From assembly GCA_016748015.1 (NCBI GenBank), contig JAAOMT010000226.1, forward strand, positions 1,160,604 to 1,224,603: DNA of 64,000 bases, given 5' to 3'. Origin of the DNA: Geosiphon pyriformis uo1 (Eukaryota > Fungi > Glomeromycota). Each line of letters opens with the position of its first letter. Within the stretch, counting starts at the first letter, position 1. Under the pieces are notes generated by a model. The model was given only the letters and a program-made list of their open reading frames with translations. It searched no databases and was not told where the DNA came from. Shown one piece after another: positions 36,440-50,600 of this stretch. Made by a program: the position numbers and the translations under genes.

Positions 36440-39400
36440 ATGAGTTCTTTTGCTAATGGTTTTGGTTCTAATTTGATTGGCTTAGAAACTTATTTAAGCA
36501 CCAAAAAAAAGCACTTGAAAAATGTTTATTTCCATAGTATATCTTATAAAAAACCAAAAAAATTTAAAGTTAATAATAATATGATCAACTTATCTGTTGG
36601 TTCTTTAAGACTGAAAAATATTAGAGATTTTGATGAGAAATTTGTGATGTTTTGAGAAAGTAAAGTTGATAGTAAAGCAAATAATATTAGTAATTTGTTA
36701 AATATAAAAAATATATAAAAAATACTTTTGCTAAAAAAATCAATTACACAAATTTAAATACTTTAGTAATTGACAAGAATATAAACAACATTATGTTACA
36801 AAAAACTTACACTTAGACATATATGTTAAATTACTTACTAAAAACTTTTTTATTTAATAATTTAAGTAATAACAATAATATTTTAGTGCTTTTATTTTCT
36901 AAGTTTATTGGTTTTAAATAACTGTTATTAGTCAGATTATGTGTTTCAAAAAAATGAAGTTTTAATTCAGTAAAATTTTTGTATTAAATATTGAATTGTT
37001 TGCTGTATTTAGTAAAACTTCTAGTAATAAGTTGATAACAATAAAAAAAATTTTTATTATGTTAATAATTTTGGAAAAGCTTTTACTTCTTCAAAATTTT
37101 CTGAAATAATAAAATCATTTTTTATATCTAAATCGAATTTAAAAAAGATTAAAAATATGGCAATTTGTAAAAAAATTTTGGTTAATAAAAATGTTAAAAA
37201 AGTAAACAATTGTATAAATTAGAAAGTGATTATTAAAGAAATTTTAATTGATTTTTCTAAATCAGCTATGGAATCGGTTTTTTCTAAGTTTGGTAAAATT
37301 ATGTCTATTAAAATACAATTTATTGGTCTTTGGTAAAAGGTTTTAATAAAATTTGAGTTTGCTGATATTACTAATTTGATTGCAGTTAAATGATCAGTTT
37401 TTATAGAAAAAAATTCCGTGTATATAGTCAAGATTATTAAAAACAAACAAATATAAATATTTATAAATTATTATTAGACTTTACTATATATGCTGTTAGT
37501 TAATACAAATGCTCATAATTTTTCTAATTTGTTGGTATCTTATAATAAGAAAACTTGTTTTATTGGTTATAATCTGAGTATATATGAACAGAACAAATGT
37601 GTTGTTATTTGTTTTGCTAATAAAGCTTTAAAAAAAACTATTATTAACTTTGTTTTGGTTTTTAAAGATGTAAATTTATATTGAGCTGGTTTGTTACTGG
37701 CTATATGTATTTAGTATAAACAATTTAATTATATTTCTGTTATGTGCTTTAATAATAGAAGTCTAAATAATTACAGTAAAAAGCCAATTTTTTTTCAAAA
37801 TTAAGTATAATTGGCCAATATATATAAGAAAAAGCAGACATTAATTATATATCTAATTTTTTTTGACAGTAAAACTTGGATTTAAATTGCTGATAGTTTT
37901 TTGTTTTCTTTTTTTTCTATGCAAAATAATTTTTTAAAGATTAACTTCTTATTAGAAATAAAGCTTTTTTCATTGGCTCCAATAGAAATAAATAATAAAT
38001 TTACTGTTCTTAAGCACAGTTTTATTAATTTTACAAAGCAAGTTAATAAGCTGGCTAAGAAACTAGATGTATTTAGACCAATAGTTTTTTAGTTTAACTC
38101 TAATGTTAGTTATTAGTAACCTTTTCATTGCAAAATTAAGAAATAAATACAGTAATAAATAAGAGTTTGGGTGTAATTACTAGTAATAAAACTAATATAG
38201 AAGCAATATTTCAAATTTATTAAGTTTCTTAAAATTAAAAAATAACATAAAAAAATTATTAGATATGATTTTAGATCTTTTATCTAAAATAAACAATCTT
38301 GATTTGAGTTCAAGTTTTTATTCTTTTTAATAACCAGTTTTATTTGGAAAATTGCTATATGTAATATTAAAAATATAAACAATTTGGCCAAGCAAAAAGA
38401 CATTGTTTAATAATATATAAATTTTAAAAACATAATATTTATTATAATGAATATAAAATTAAAGCTTAATACTAGGCCATAAATTATAAACAAATTTAAT
38501 AGAATCTAAATTTTCATATCTGGTTTGGAAAGTAGTTTTTTTGGTATTAGCATAATTATTATTATAAACAATTTTTTGGTTTGACATGTTACAAAAGTAG
38601 AAGAAATTTCTGGTAAAATAATTTTAATTTACTTTTTGTTTAAAAATAAATTGTTAGTTGTGGTTTTAGATTTGTATACTGAAACATTAGCTAAGACTAG
38701 ATTTAAACAGACTTTTAATGTTGATTTTTTTATTTTTAAGGCAGCTTGCTTTAGCTTATTTATAATCTTAGATAATAATTTCAATAAAAATAGTTTTAAA
38801 AAGTGTACAAGTCTTAAAAAATACTTGAATATAAGTTTGGTAAATTTTTTTAGCAAATATTTTTTGATTAAAACTTTTACTTAGAGCAATTTTAAAAAAG
38901 TTAAGAAAATTATTAATTATATTTTTTTAAGTAAAAGTTTATTATTGGCAGTTGTTAATTATAGAATTGGTTTTGTATTTAACTTTTTTAATACTAATTA
39001 CAAGACAGTTTCTGTTTTAGTTGGTTTAAAAGATCTGTTGGATGTTTATTTGTATAATATTTACAAACAGACTAATAAAATTATTGAAAGTTCAAAACAA
39101 AAGATGCAAATAGTGCCAAATAGACAAGTTTTAAAACATTTTTTTTCTAAACTATTAATAATACAGGATGGATTTGTAAATTTTAAAAGTTTAGAGAACT
39201 TAAATATAATATAAAAGATTTTAAGTAAAATAGTAGTAGATGTAACTAATAAAGTGTTCTTTAAGTATTAATTTAATAGATTTGACTGCTTAAAAAACAA
39301 ACAGTCTTCAAAATTTTACAAGTTAGAATTATTAGTTGCTAAGATAACTAAGATATTAAATTTGAACAACAAGCCAAAATTTAATTGTTTTATTAAGATT

Positions 39401-42400
39401 TGGTTATCTATTAATAAAATAGAAACTTTTATAGTTAGTAGCTTAGTTTATAATAATATAAGTTTTATAGATGTAATCAGACATTTGTTAAAAATTAAAA
39501 AAAGTTATTAAAAATCTAAATATTGCAAGTTTGAAATAATTAAAAGTACATTTATTAAAAAAACAATTAAAAAATACATAAAAAATTTCAGTTTTAATAA
39601 GAGAAATATGATTAAAAATATTTTGAAACAACTGTTTCAAAAAGTGGTTTTGGATCATTTGGTAATTAAAAAAAAGTTAGTTTTAAAGTCAGATAAAGTA
39701 AGATCTAAGATTAATGAAATCATAAAAAACTGAACAAAAAAGTGTAAAATGTTTTTAATATTGTCTGATTTGTAAGCTTTTTAATATGTATTTTTAATTT
39801 ATATAAATAAAAATGCTTTTTTTGGTATAATAACTGTAATTAGCATAAACAAATTAATTTTAATAATTGGTGATTTGTCTAATAATAAAGCTGTTGGTCT
39901 TTTTGGTATAACTAATAAACTTTAGAAACATTGTAACAATTTAGTATTAGAATGCCTTTTAAATTTAATAAATATTTGTCTAATTCTTAGCAATATTCTA
40001 ATTCTTTAAAAAAAAGCATAGGTTTTTATAATTCTTAAGTTATATAAATAAAATAGTATTTTAACAAATACACAGTCTATAGTATTAATTGAAACAACTA
40101 AGAAAATTTTGTCTAAGATCTTGTCAAATTGTATTTTGTTTGCTTGTAATAAGTTTAACATTTTCTATGACAATAATTTCTCAGTTTTGAAAAATATTTC
40201 GACTTAATTTTCAATGTTTGTTGTCAGTTTAATTGTAAAAAATGCTTTGAAAAAAAGCTGAGAGTTTTAGTTGGTTCTATAAAATATGTACAAATCATAT
40301 AATTTAATTGAATAGCATTATTTAAAAGCTAGTTTGAAACACATCAAAATATGTAACAGCTTTATTAAATTTTTTGGTAATATATATAAGAGTAAGTTAA
40401 TAAAGTAATAATAAACTTTGGCCTTTTAAATAGTTACAAAATACATAATAAACTAGATTAATGTGAAGTTTTTTTACTACTTTTTTAGATGATTTTTTAT
40501 GATTTCTTATTGTGTAAAATAAAAAGCTGTGAACATTTGTGTAAATATTAAATTAACACTAATTTTGTGACAAAACTAAACAAAATAGAGATTAGTAAAA
40601 GAAAAACTTTTTTTTTACAATAGATATATTTGTTAATAATACTATTTAAGTAAAAAATAGTTAGGCTTTAATGCAGTATATTTTGGATGTGGTTAATCAA
40701 TTTTTTAAGTTTAATAATATTTATATCAACAATGACAAAACAGTTGTAATTTTTATTAACCAAAAGATTATAAATGTTTTATTAAATATTGATAGTCAAC
40801 TAATTTTTATTGCTAAATATAAAAAATCTTACAAATACTTAAAAAATTTTTTATTAACTAAAAGTATATTTAAGTCTAGTTTTGTTAAAACATATTTAAA
40901 TATTAGATTTTTTTTAATTATAATGCTCAGAAAAACTTTGTCAGATAAACAACTCTTTTATTTAGTTTTAGTAGTTTTGTAGTCTATAATTAGTTATTGA
41001 ACACAGTTTAGTTTTATGTCTAAAAGTGTATATTAAAAATAAAATGTTATAATTAGAAAAAGACTTAAATCTAAGATTAATTTGTTAAAAATTTTTTTTA
41101 ATAAGACTTTGCATTATTTATTTCTGTATAAACTGAAATTATTTGAACAAATACAAACAAAAAGCAAGATAACTTTGTTAACTTAGTTTTCTAATGTGAT
41201 AAAATTTTTTGGTTATTTGTTTATATACTATTTTTTAAATTTGCAAATTGTGAAATAGACACCAAATAACTTATTACAATTTTTAGTTAGATTAAGAGTT
41301 AACTCTGTGAATTATTATTTAGTAAACATGATAAAAATTTTTTGGACAACAAGATCTCTTTAGCAAATAATTTATTTAGTGTATTCTATTTTTCTGACTA
41401 CTTTTTAATATTTGAAATACTAAAAAACTGCTGTTACTTTAATGTAATTTAATCTTTAAAATAACTTGATATTATTTTTAATAATAGATTATTAGATAAA
41501 CATAGTTTTATTATGGATTAAAAAATTTTTTGTCACTAAAAGAGATTGAGTTTAGAAGATCTAATACTAATATAGTTTGTAAAAGCTTCAATTTATATGA
41601 ACAGTTTTCTTATTAAATTTGATAAGAATGTTTTTAATGCAGATTGTTTAAATTTTGTTAGCTAGAAAGAGTTTTTAAATGTTTAAAAATGTTTATATAA
41701 ACTATAAACAGAAATAGTTAATGTGTACACTAATGGTTTATTAAAAAACTTAAGTACTATAAAAGTAATAAGTAAAACAGTAACTTATTTTCTTAATATT
41801 AAGATAGATATAAATATTAAAGTTTTTAAGTTGCTATTTTTAACATTATTGAAGTTACAAATTATTATTTTAATATTGGAATGGGGTTTTTTTTGTTTAA
41901 TAATTCTGTATATAAACAGCCAAACTGTTATAAATACATGTATTTTAGAGCTTAAGCTTTATACAACCAATTTCCAAAGCAAATGCTAAATAAAAAAGTA
42001 GTATGTAACCAATTTAATTAAGTTAAATAACATTTCTGTAATATAAATAAAGTTCAAAAACCATTTAAAAAATATTGAGAATAGCCAAGTTAATATTTTT
42101 ACACATTAAATAACATAATTTTGTATAATTTTTTCTATTAGTATTTATAAAAAATTTATTATAATAAATAATTTAATTGTGTCAAGCAATACTCACTATT
42201 TTGTTTATAATATTTGTTAAATGGTTTATTATATCCAATAAAAAGCAAGTTCAGATACAAAGATTATATAAAATTCATTTATTTAAAACATTAATTGATA
42301 TTGTACTGCTTTAATTTGGTATTTGAATTTTTATATGCTTTTTGGATTTATTAACAAAACTTCAATAGTTTTTTATATGTATTAATAAAAACAGTTTATA

Positions 42401-43030
42401 TAAAACTGCTAATTGCAATTAGAAAAAAACTTTATAACAAAAATTACTCAGATGTATTATACTTGTTTTATGTATTTTAAAATCTTGGTAAATTATGTTA
42501 AGTTGTAGAAATTATTAGTAAAGTTTTGTTTTTTGGTATTGTCTTTTGTATTATATATTTTTTCTTTAAAAATATTAAACATAAGTATTTATAAGATTTA
42601 TATAAAAAATTTGTTTTTAAAAACTAGGTTAATAAGACAGTATTAATATTTAAGAATAAAAAAAACTGCTTTAATAATGATTAATTTTGTTTGTTGTTTG
42701 ACTAAAAATATTATAACAAGTTGTAAAATTTTAGGTCAAAATACAGAATTGATATAGAAAAGTATGACTTAGTTGGTAATATAAAAATATTGTTTAAGGT
42801 ATATAGTAACTTGTTTAGTTTTTTGTTAATAAAAGTAGTTTGTCTGCTTAGTATTATTAAGTTTTTTGCTGTTAGTTTTAAATTACACAAAGCTTGCTTG
42901 TTTTTTAGATTTAAATAATAGTTTTGGAATTAGTATAAATATATAATATAGTCTTAATTGGCTCAAATAGTCAGTTATATATAATAAGTACATAAGCTAT
43001 ATTTAGTTTGAACTACTTAATTTGTTTTTG
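36440..43030 (+). mobile_element. Near full-length LINE relic 2: ORF1 36440-~38333; ORF2 ~38330-42960 with APE endonuclease, RT and RNase H
   Basis: ORF2 begins FIWKIAICNI (APE motif I). RT motifs IVLIET (~40080), LVL*NMYKSYN (~40270) and IFVNNT (decayed FVDDT, ~40630). RNase H VYTNGLLKNL (41723). (TAA)n follows at ~43060-43085. Confidence 0.85.
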
Positions 43031-44743
43031 TTTATTAAATAATAATTAAGTTATACTTAATAATAATAATAATAATAATAATATAATAAATATTAAATAT
43101 GTTAATTGTATTTGTAATTTAATATAATATTATAATTATTGGATTTTAATAATTATATATAAAAATAATTAAAATTAAAATATTTATTTTTTATTTATTT
43201 TTAATAATAAAATCAATTTTTAGTATTGATTTTTTTAACATATATAATATTAATTTTATATTAAAAAAAATTAGTGAAACTTATAACAAATTTGCTTTTT
43301 TTGTTTTAACTTATAGTATTTAAACACAATAAATAAAATTATTTTGTATTTATTATTATTATTTTTTAAGTTTTTTTTAAAATATTTTTAATAATATTAT
43401 AATTTTTTGGTTTTATAATTAATTTAATGTAAATGAATTTTATTTTATATAATCATAATTTTATATAAAACATATTGTAATTTAAGTAAAAATATATTTT
43501 AATCAACTTAAAAATATATTATAATAATAACTTAAAATATAAAACTTTAATTTACATAAATTTATATAAGTTATAACTATAATAATCAAAATATTATTAG
43601 TCAAATTAGTTAACTTTTAGTTATATTAATCTTTTATTTATATCACATAAAAAATGTTTATTTTATTTGATTTTATTGTAGTTTATTCTATATAATAAGT
43701 TTTTATGTAAATAAAAATATATTTAATTAATTAATAAATTTTTAATTTTAAAGATTCAAATTTAAAGATTGTATAAAAATAATTAATTATGAGTAAATAA
43801 ATTTAGTAAAATAAAAACAGAATTTTTTTTATATAATTTAAATAGCTTTAATTAACTTAAGTGGCTAATTATACTTTTAGAATTTTAAAAATACAAACTT
43901 ATATAAAAATTTTAATATTGTTTTTAACAAAAACTAACTTAATAATTTTTGCTTAAAACATTTTTAGTAATTGATAATTGTTTTTTAAATATTATTAAAT
44001 TTATCTTTTTAAATTAAAAAAAATAAAAGATAATTAGATAATAATATTAATATATTATTTGTGTTACTTTTAAAATCAAAGTTTTATTTTCCAAAAAAAC
44101 AACTTTTAAACTATGATAAAAAACTTAAAAATTTTATTAAAAATAAGACTTAATATTTAAAATATATTAGTTGGATTGAAAATTAAAAACATTAACTTAA
44201 TTACTGGTTTATTGTTAAAAATTTTAAATCTTTTTATAAAAGTAATAACATTAGAACTGGTTTTAATATGTTATTTTAAAAATTTTTCAACTAAAAAAAA
44301 ACTTTTAACCAAAAACAAAGACTGCTTTGTTTAAAAAAAGTATTTTTACAATATTCTGTTTGACTGTTAAGTTGTAATATTTTTAGCTACTGAGAAGTAA
44401 TAATGGTTTTTTACTTTTGCTTTAATCGTAATCATGAAGATTAAAAGAAAAAGTCTATTTTTGTTATTTTAATTTTTTAATATTAAATAACAAATGTAAT
44501 TAAAAATTTAAAGTCTTAGAATAAAACATTAAAAATGAAAATTATTATTATTATTGTTAAAACAAATAATTATCAAATTTAAATGAAATATTTTAGCTAT
44601 TTAAGAATTTATTTCGAACGGTGGAATAGGATTAGAGTTTTAATTGAAAATTCAAAAGAAAAAATCCGAGTAATTTTATTTGATCAAATTAAGATACACA
44701 TAATTTCTGTAATCCGACTAGAATAATGAATGTGAAACAAGAG

Positions 44744-46527
44744 CTAACTTTTTTTCGGCTTAATAAAAACCTTGGCACCAAGACACATATTGACAAAATT
44801 AAATCCAGTCTTAATTGGCTTATCGGCATCCACTAATTCAACATCAAATTTGCGATAAAGCAACACAATCATCACTTTCAAAAATAAAATACCTTGAACT
44901 CTACCAGGACAAATTCTTAATCCACCACCCCAAGGATAAAATCCCCTTTTTTTCTGGTCAAGGTTAAGAAATCGTTCAGGCATAAACTTTTGAGGTTCCT
45001 CCCACAATTTCTCATTCAAATGTGGGGATAAAATGTTAAGCCCGAATTGAGTCCCTGGTTCCCAAAGGTAACCTCCTACCTCACCTTCTTTTTCGTTGGA
45101 TCGATATAAGAGTGAGGTGGTCGGATCCAATCGAAGCGCTGAAAATATTCGAAATACCATAATTTATGTTAGATTTGAAAAATTGAAGAAATTTCAAGTT
45201 TACGATTTAAATTCAAAAACTTACTTTCATTAATTACAGCCTGAATGTATTTCAATGAATTTAAGGCTTCAAGAGAAATTTTAAAGTACTCATTTGGTGG
45301 AAATGTTGCATCAATTTCCTGTCTAATATTTTCCAAGATTCTTTCATCTCGACCAACATATTCCACAATAAATCCAAAAGTATTTGTAGTCTATCAAAGA
45401 AAATAAGATCATATTAACTATGAATTTCGAATTCAAAATATATTCGATAATTCTCCGTCAATATATTTCTAACTTACCGTCCCAGTAGAACCGGTAATCG
45501 TTTCAAATAAAATTGATTGGATTTCGTGATCATTCAACGGCTCGACTATATTGTTATCCTCATCATTTACTGAACTCAAATGCCTTCCGGTATTCGTAAT
45601 AATCAATTGATTCAAGATATCCAAGTTCACAACGGGTTCACTCTCAAAACTGGTCATGGCAATAGACTCCCTTCGCTCTCGAATCAAATCATTCAAAATC
45701 TCCTTTACTTGGGAATATGATTTCAAGTATTTGTTTTTCCAATGACGAAAAACTGTCCATCTCAGCAAAGTTGGGAATAACATAAAGAAATGAACTCCTT
45801 GCATTATGTCACTAAACGGAACGATAAAACTTTCCATCCATTCTTTCATTACAGGGTCAATTTCAATTCTCTTATTAGGATCTTTGCACAAGGAATTAAA
45901 ATGTTGTGCGGTAAACTGTGTTCTTTTGCCTATCGTAGACAAATACATAAGATCTGACAACATTCGAAAGATCCAAACTGGCAACTCAATAATCTCTTTT
46001 TCATCTCGGCCAATCTCATGCCAATAACACTCCAATTCTTGAAACTTTTCTTGCATATTCAAAATCATTTCTTGTAAATAACTCGGCATCGTCACAGCTT
46101 TTTCCATGATCTTTCGATTGTAAAGAAGGTTTTTCAGATCACGATTAAAAGTTATTCCATCCAAGGTTCCCCATTCCTCTAATCCTTGGCTATAGGCCCA
46201 CCGACGGATGAGATTACTCTTAGTCGAGGGTTGGTTGATTTTCGAAATCACATCTAAATTACTTAACCAAATTTGGCGTTGTGAACCGATCCAGAGTTCG
46301 AAAATTTCACCGTGTTTAAGCGAAAGTTGATGGATCCACTTGGCAAGGTGACCCTCATTTTGATGAAGATTACCGATTAATGGGAGGGGAAATGGACCAG
46401 GAAGTGGATTTTTACGAGTGAAATAATGGAGATAAAATTGTCCTATGTAAAGAGCTGGGATCAGAATGAGGATGCTTATTATGTTAATGGGGTCAAAATA
46501 GCTATCTGGTAGAGAAAAGGACATCAT
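44744..46527 (-). CDS. Cytochrome P450, intact, 3 exons: 46527-45478, 45390-45225, 45138-44744; 536 aa
   Basis: N-terminal TM and PLPGPFPLPLIGNL. Both introns are GTAAGT...AG. Splicing creates the K-helix ETLR. MPERF; heme loop WGGGLRICPG. 1611 nt with no internal stops. Confidence 0.96.
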
Positions 46528-47688
46528 ATTGGGATAATTATGTAAATTGATGTGAGAGAAGGAAAAGCCGTAATGAATGGAATTAGTAAACAATGTTAAT
46601 AACTAAATATCTGGTAAGGATCATTTAATGATTAAAAGATAAACCTTTCTTTACCAAATAAATTAAAAAATATATTTTTTATTAACTACAAGTGGTTTAT
46701 GTCAAAAACTAAAACTTAGACTAGTAGCGATTTTATCTAATCTCTTGAATCAAAACATTCATTGATATTTATATTAGAATCGTTTTATACATGAGATGCA
46801 ACTTTCAATATTCGTTTCTGCTTAAGTTTATTATTTCTATCTTTTTTGAAAGTAATAAATACATGTTTTTAGAATATGTTTCGTTTTTTACCAAAAGCTG
46901 AAAAAAAGAAATTTTTTAAACACTAATATCAATGTTGAAAATTTTATGTACATTATAACTTTAAGTAAAAAATATTATAAACTAAATAAAGAAAAATTAT
47001 TTAATTATATGTTAAATAAACAACAATGTTTTTGATTTATTTGATTATAATAATGAAATAACAACAAAATTGTTTTTTTGTAAATATTAATATTTATATA
47101 AGTATTTAATCATTTAACAATTATAATATAATATTATATATATATATATATATTTTAAGCTTGTATTTTTATAACTACAATCAGAATAAAAAGTAAAAAA
47201 GTTGTAGCTCTTTATTTTTTAAAGCACTTGGTAATATTTTTATTAGTAAAACACTTGAAGTTGTTAAAACTATTTAATAGTGTTCTATAAAAGTGTTTTT
47301 TTAAATAAAGTAGTAGTAACCAACTTTTTATTAATTTTAAACCACTTTTTTTTATTTTTAATTAAAAGTTTTTCTTTTTTGAGATAGTTTTGGTGTGGTT
47401 TTTGTTTTGGTTAAAAGCTTCAAAATTTTTAATAAAAAACTAATAACCAAATTACTTTTTATTATTATTATTGTTTAAATAGTTAAAATAATTTAGTATT
47501 ACCAAGCAAAATTACATATTTAAATACTTTTTATTTAATATTAATAATTTTATTTGATAATATTTGTATTATATATTATAATTGTATAAATTATTTTATA
47601 ATATATTAAAAAATATATATATTATTAAAAATGTTTATAAAACAAAAAAAATTATTATTATTAATATTTGTTTTTAGACAAAAATCAA

Positions 47689-50600
47689 TATTACTTATAG
47701 AAATAGAAATCATAATAGGTAGAAAAATAGCCAATAAAAAAAAAGCATAATAAAAAGAAAAATTTCAGGATTTTTTTTGAAAAATTGTAGAATTTCAGAA
47801 TTCCAAGAATTTTTTTCAAAAAAATTAAAAGATTTCAAGAAATTTTATATAACATAAATTATATATATACAGCAAAAACATTAGGAGCAAAAAAAGTATT
47901 CAAAACAAAAAAAACAGTAACTAAAAATAAGTAATTATCTATTTTTTCCTTTAAAAAATAGTTTTCTATAATTTAAAATGGAATTATATCTATATTAATA
48001 AAATATTCAATTATCATTTAATCTATATTATTGTTATTTAATTAAAAATATTAATTACTTTTCTATTATCAACAACTAATGTTAATAAAATTTAATACTT
48101 AATCATATTAAACCAATAACTCTTGATTATGACTATTAATAAAATATTAATTTTTATTTCTTTTCTTATTTTCTTTTATTTTGTTTTCTTTGTTGTTTAC
48201 TAATTGATTAAAAAAATTAAGTGCTAAGTAATTGATGTTAAAAATAGCCTGGTAAAAAACTTAGGAAATAAGAATAAAAAACTTAAAAATAGATTACTAG
48301 AAAAGCATGATTGCTAAATTAAACTGACTATTATGTTAAAAACAAAAATTGGAGAAAACCATTAATTAAATTTTTGTCTATAATACAAAAAACTCAACCA
48401 AAACCTTCAAAGTACAAAATTTTCAGAAATTATCATAATAAACAGCTATTAAGTACCAAGTTATGAGTTTGTTATTTGTTTTAACACTCTAAATAATTAC
48501 TTATAACATTTAGTACTCTCTATAAAATATAATCTAACAAAGAATTAATATTAATATCAACTATTTAGAAAAGTAGCAAACTAAAAAATCATAAAAAAAA
48601 ATCATTTAAAATTCATAAAATTCTTATTCCAGTATTACCAAACTTATTTTAAACTAACAAATAATTATTGGTCAGTAAAATTAGTCTTCAACTTTTACAT
48701 AAACAAAAAAATTATATACTATTTAAAAAGCCAAAAAAATTCAGAAGTCATCATTAGAAATTTTTACAATGAGCTATTATAATACACCAGTTTTTTATAA
48801 AATCATAGTTTTATTTTAATAATTATAAATAAAAATTGTGAAATTGAAAATTATACCAAACAGAGATTTTTCATTACTTTTACTGACAAAAAAAAAAGAA
48901 ACTACAAATCTTAGCAAAAATTCCAAGAAAAATACAATTACTTACTTAAAAGAAACCAAGAGTTATTTCACCTATCAATTTATTATATTATTACATATCT
49001 AAAAGTATTATCCAAATAACATTAACAGCTGTGTTTATATCAAAAACACTATTATTATAAATACTATTCCAAAATAACCAGAAGAAAACCAAATTATTAG
49101 AAACCTATAGTAATTTTTTTAAAGGATTTAAATTATAACCAACAATTCTATCAAAACTTTAATTACTTTTATCTCAACCTAATTTTGGATCTATTAGTAA
49201 TTAAGCAAACATTAATTTAAAAGAAAAAGAAATCAGTAATCAGAAAAATTATAATCAAAATCTAATCTTAAATAATTCAGAAGTTCAAACTTTGATTGTT
49301 TAAATTTAGCAAAATCCAAACAATCCAAACTTTATTTAACAAAACTTATTTTTAATTATCATAATTAATCAACTATCAGTAGCATTAATTGGTATTTTTC
49401 AATAACTACAACTACAATTTATACAAATGGCTTATGTACCAATTACAAAACTCAAAAAATTTACTGTAAAAAGAACAATATCCAAGCATGACTAAATAAT
49501 ATGACAAAAACTATTGTAGCCAATAAATAAAATAGTGCCAGAGCTTTTCAAGCCATCTTTTACTTTCTGCAAGATATTGTAAACTTGTGGTATTAAAACC
49601 TAATAAACAAACCACAAATTTTTAACACATTTAAAACTACATTTCTATAATATTTTAGCATTATAACAACATTAATTAGTTATTAACTGAACTTATTACT
49701 ATTAAACAAAGCAATACTAAAACAATTACTATGTATCTGAAATATTTTTATTAAAATTTGCATTAAATTCAAACAATTAAAACTAATTACTTTACTGTAT
49801 TACAGATTTTAAATCAGTTTATTTGTGAATTACATAGTAGTTTGTTATAATAAATATATCTAATACACCTAAATACTTTTCAAAATACAGTTATCTATAC
49901 CAAAAATTTTGAATTGGTTAAATTTAAAGCCAACTATGCCCAAGCCATAAATATAGTAATAAATGAATTATTTAAATTAGATTTTAAGCTAAAACAATTT
50001 AATGATTTTATCAACCAAAAATTAAAAAGATATTTAGTTAACAGTTCTACTATCTATCAGTTTTTACAATGTTGTAACAATTAAAAAAACTTCAATTATT
50101 TCTAAAATCAATCATATTTGTTATTATTATTGGCAAATTAATAATGACAATAAAAAATACATAATTGCCACTATTGTGGTAAACAAAACTATTTGAAACC
50201 AGATTGCTATACCAGATTTAAAAACTTATGATCAAAAAACCAATATAAAAATTCTAATCAAAGATTTCTAATTCCAAATTATGCCAACAACTCAGCCAAA
50301 TAATATCAATATTAGCTTTATTACATCTCAATAATACAGCAACTAGTATATGTATCTCCTGTTTATCAAATTTTATTACTAGTAATCTATTAATTATCAT
50401 AGTTGTAAATAATCTATTAGTCTTAATTAATTCAAACACCACTTCAAATTACTGTGTCAATATTAACTAGAAATTCAAGACTAAGAATTACTTATATTTA
50501 ACAAAATTGGAGATTGGTAATGATAATACACTAACTAATTCTTAGTTTATTAAACCAGCCATCAAAATCATATTAGTAAAATTCAAAAAGTAAGTATATT

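Noticed and set aside
43030-44350. Centromere, origin or organellar insertion in near-pure AT tracts (also 35830-36400)
   Set aside because: No repeat unit or organellar gene remnant; end-stage transition decay explains the composition.
46528-46593. P450 start at 46593 as given by the ORF track
   Set aside because: That codon is TTG; the first ATG is at 46527, just before the TM anchor.
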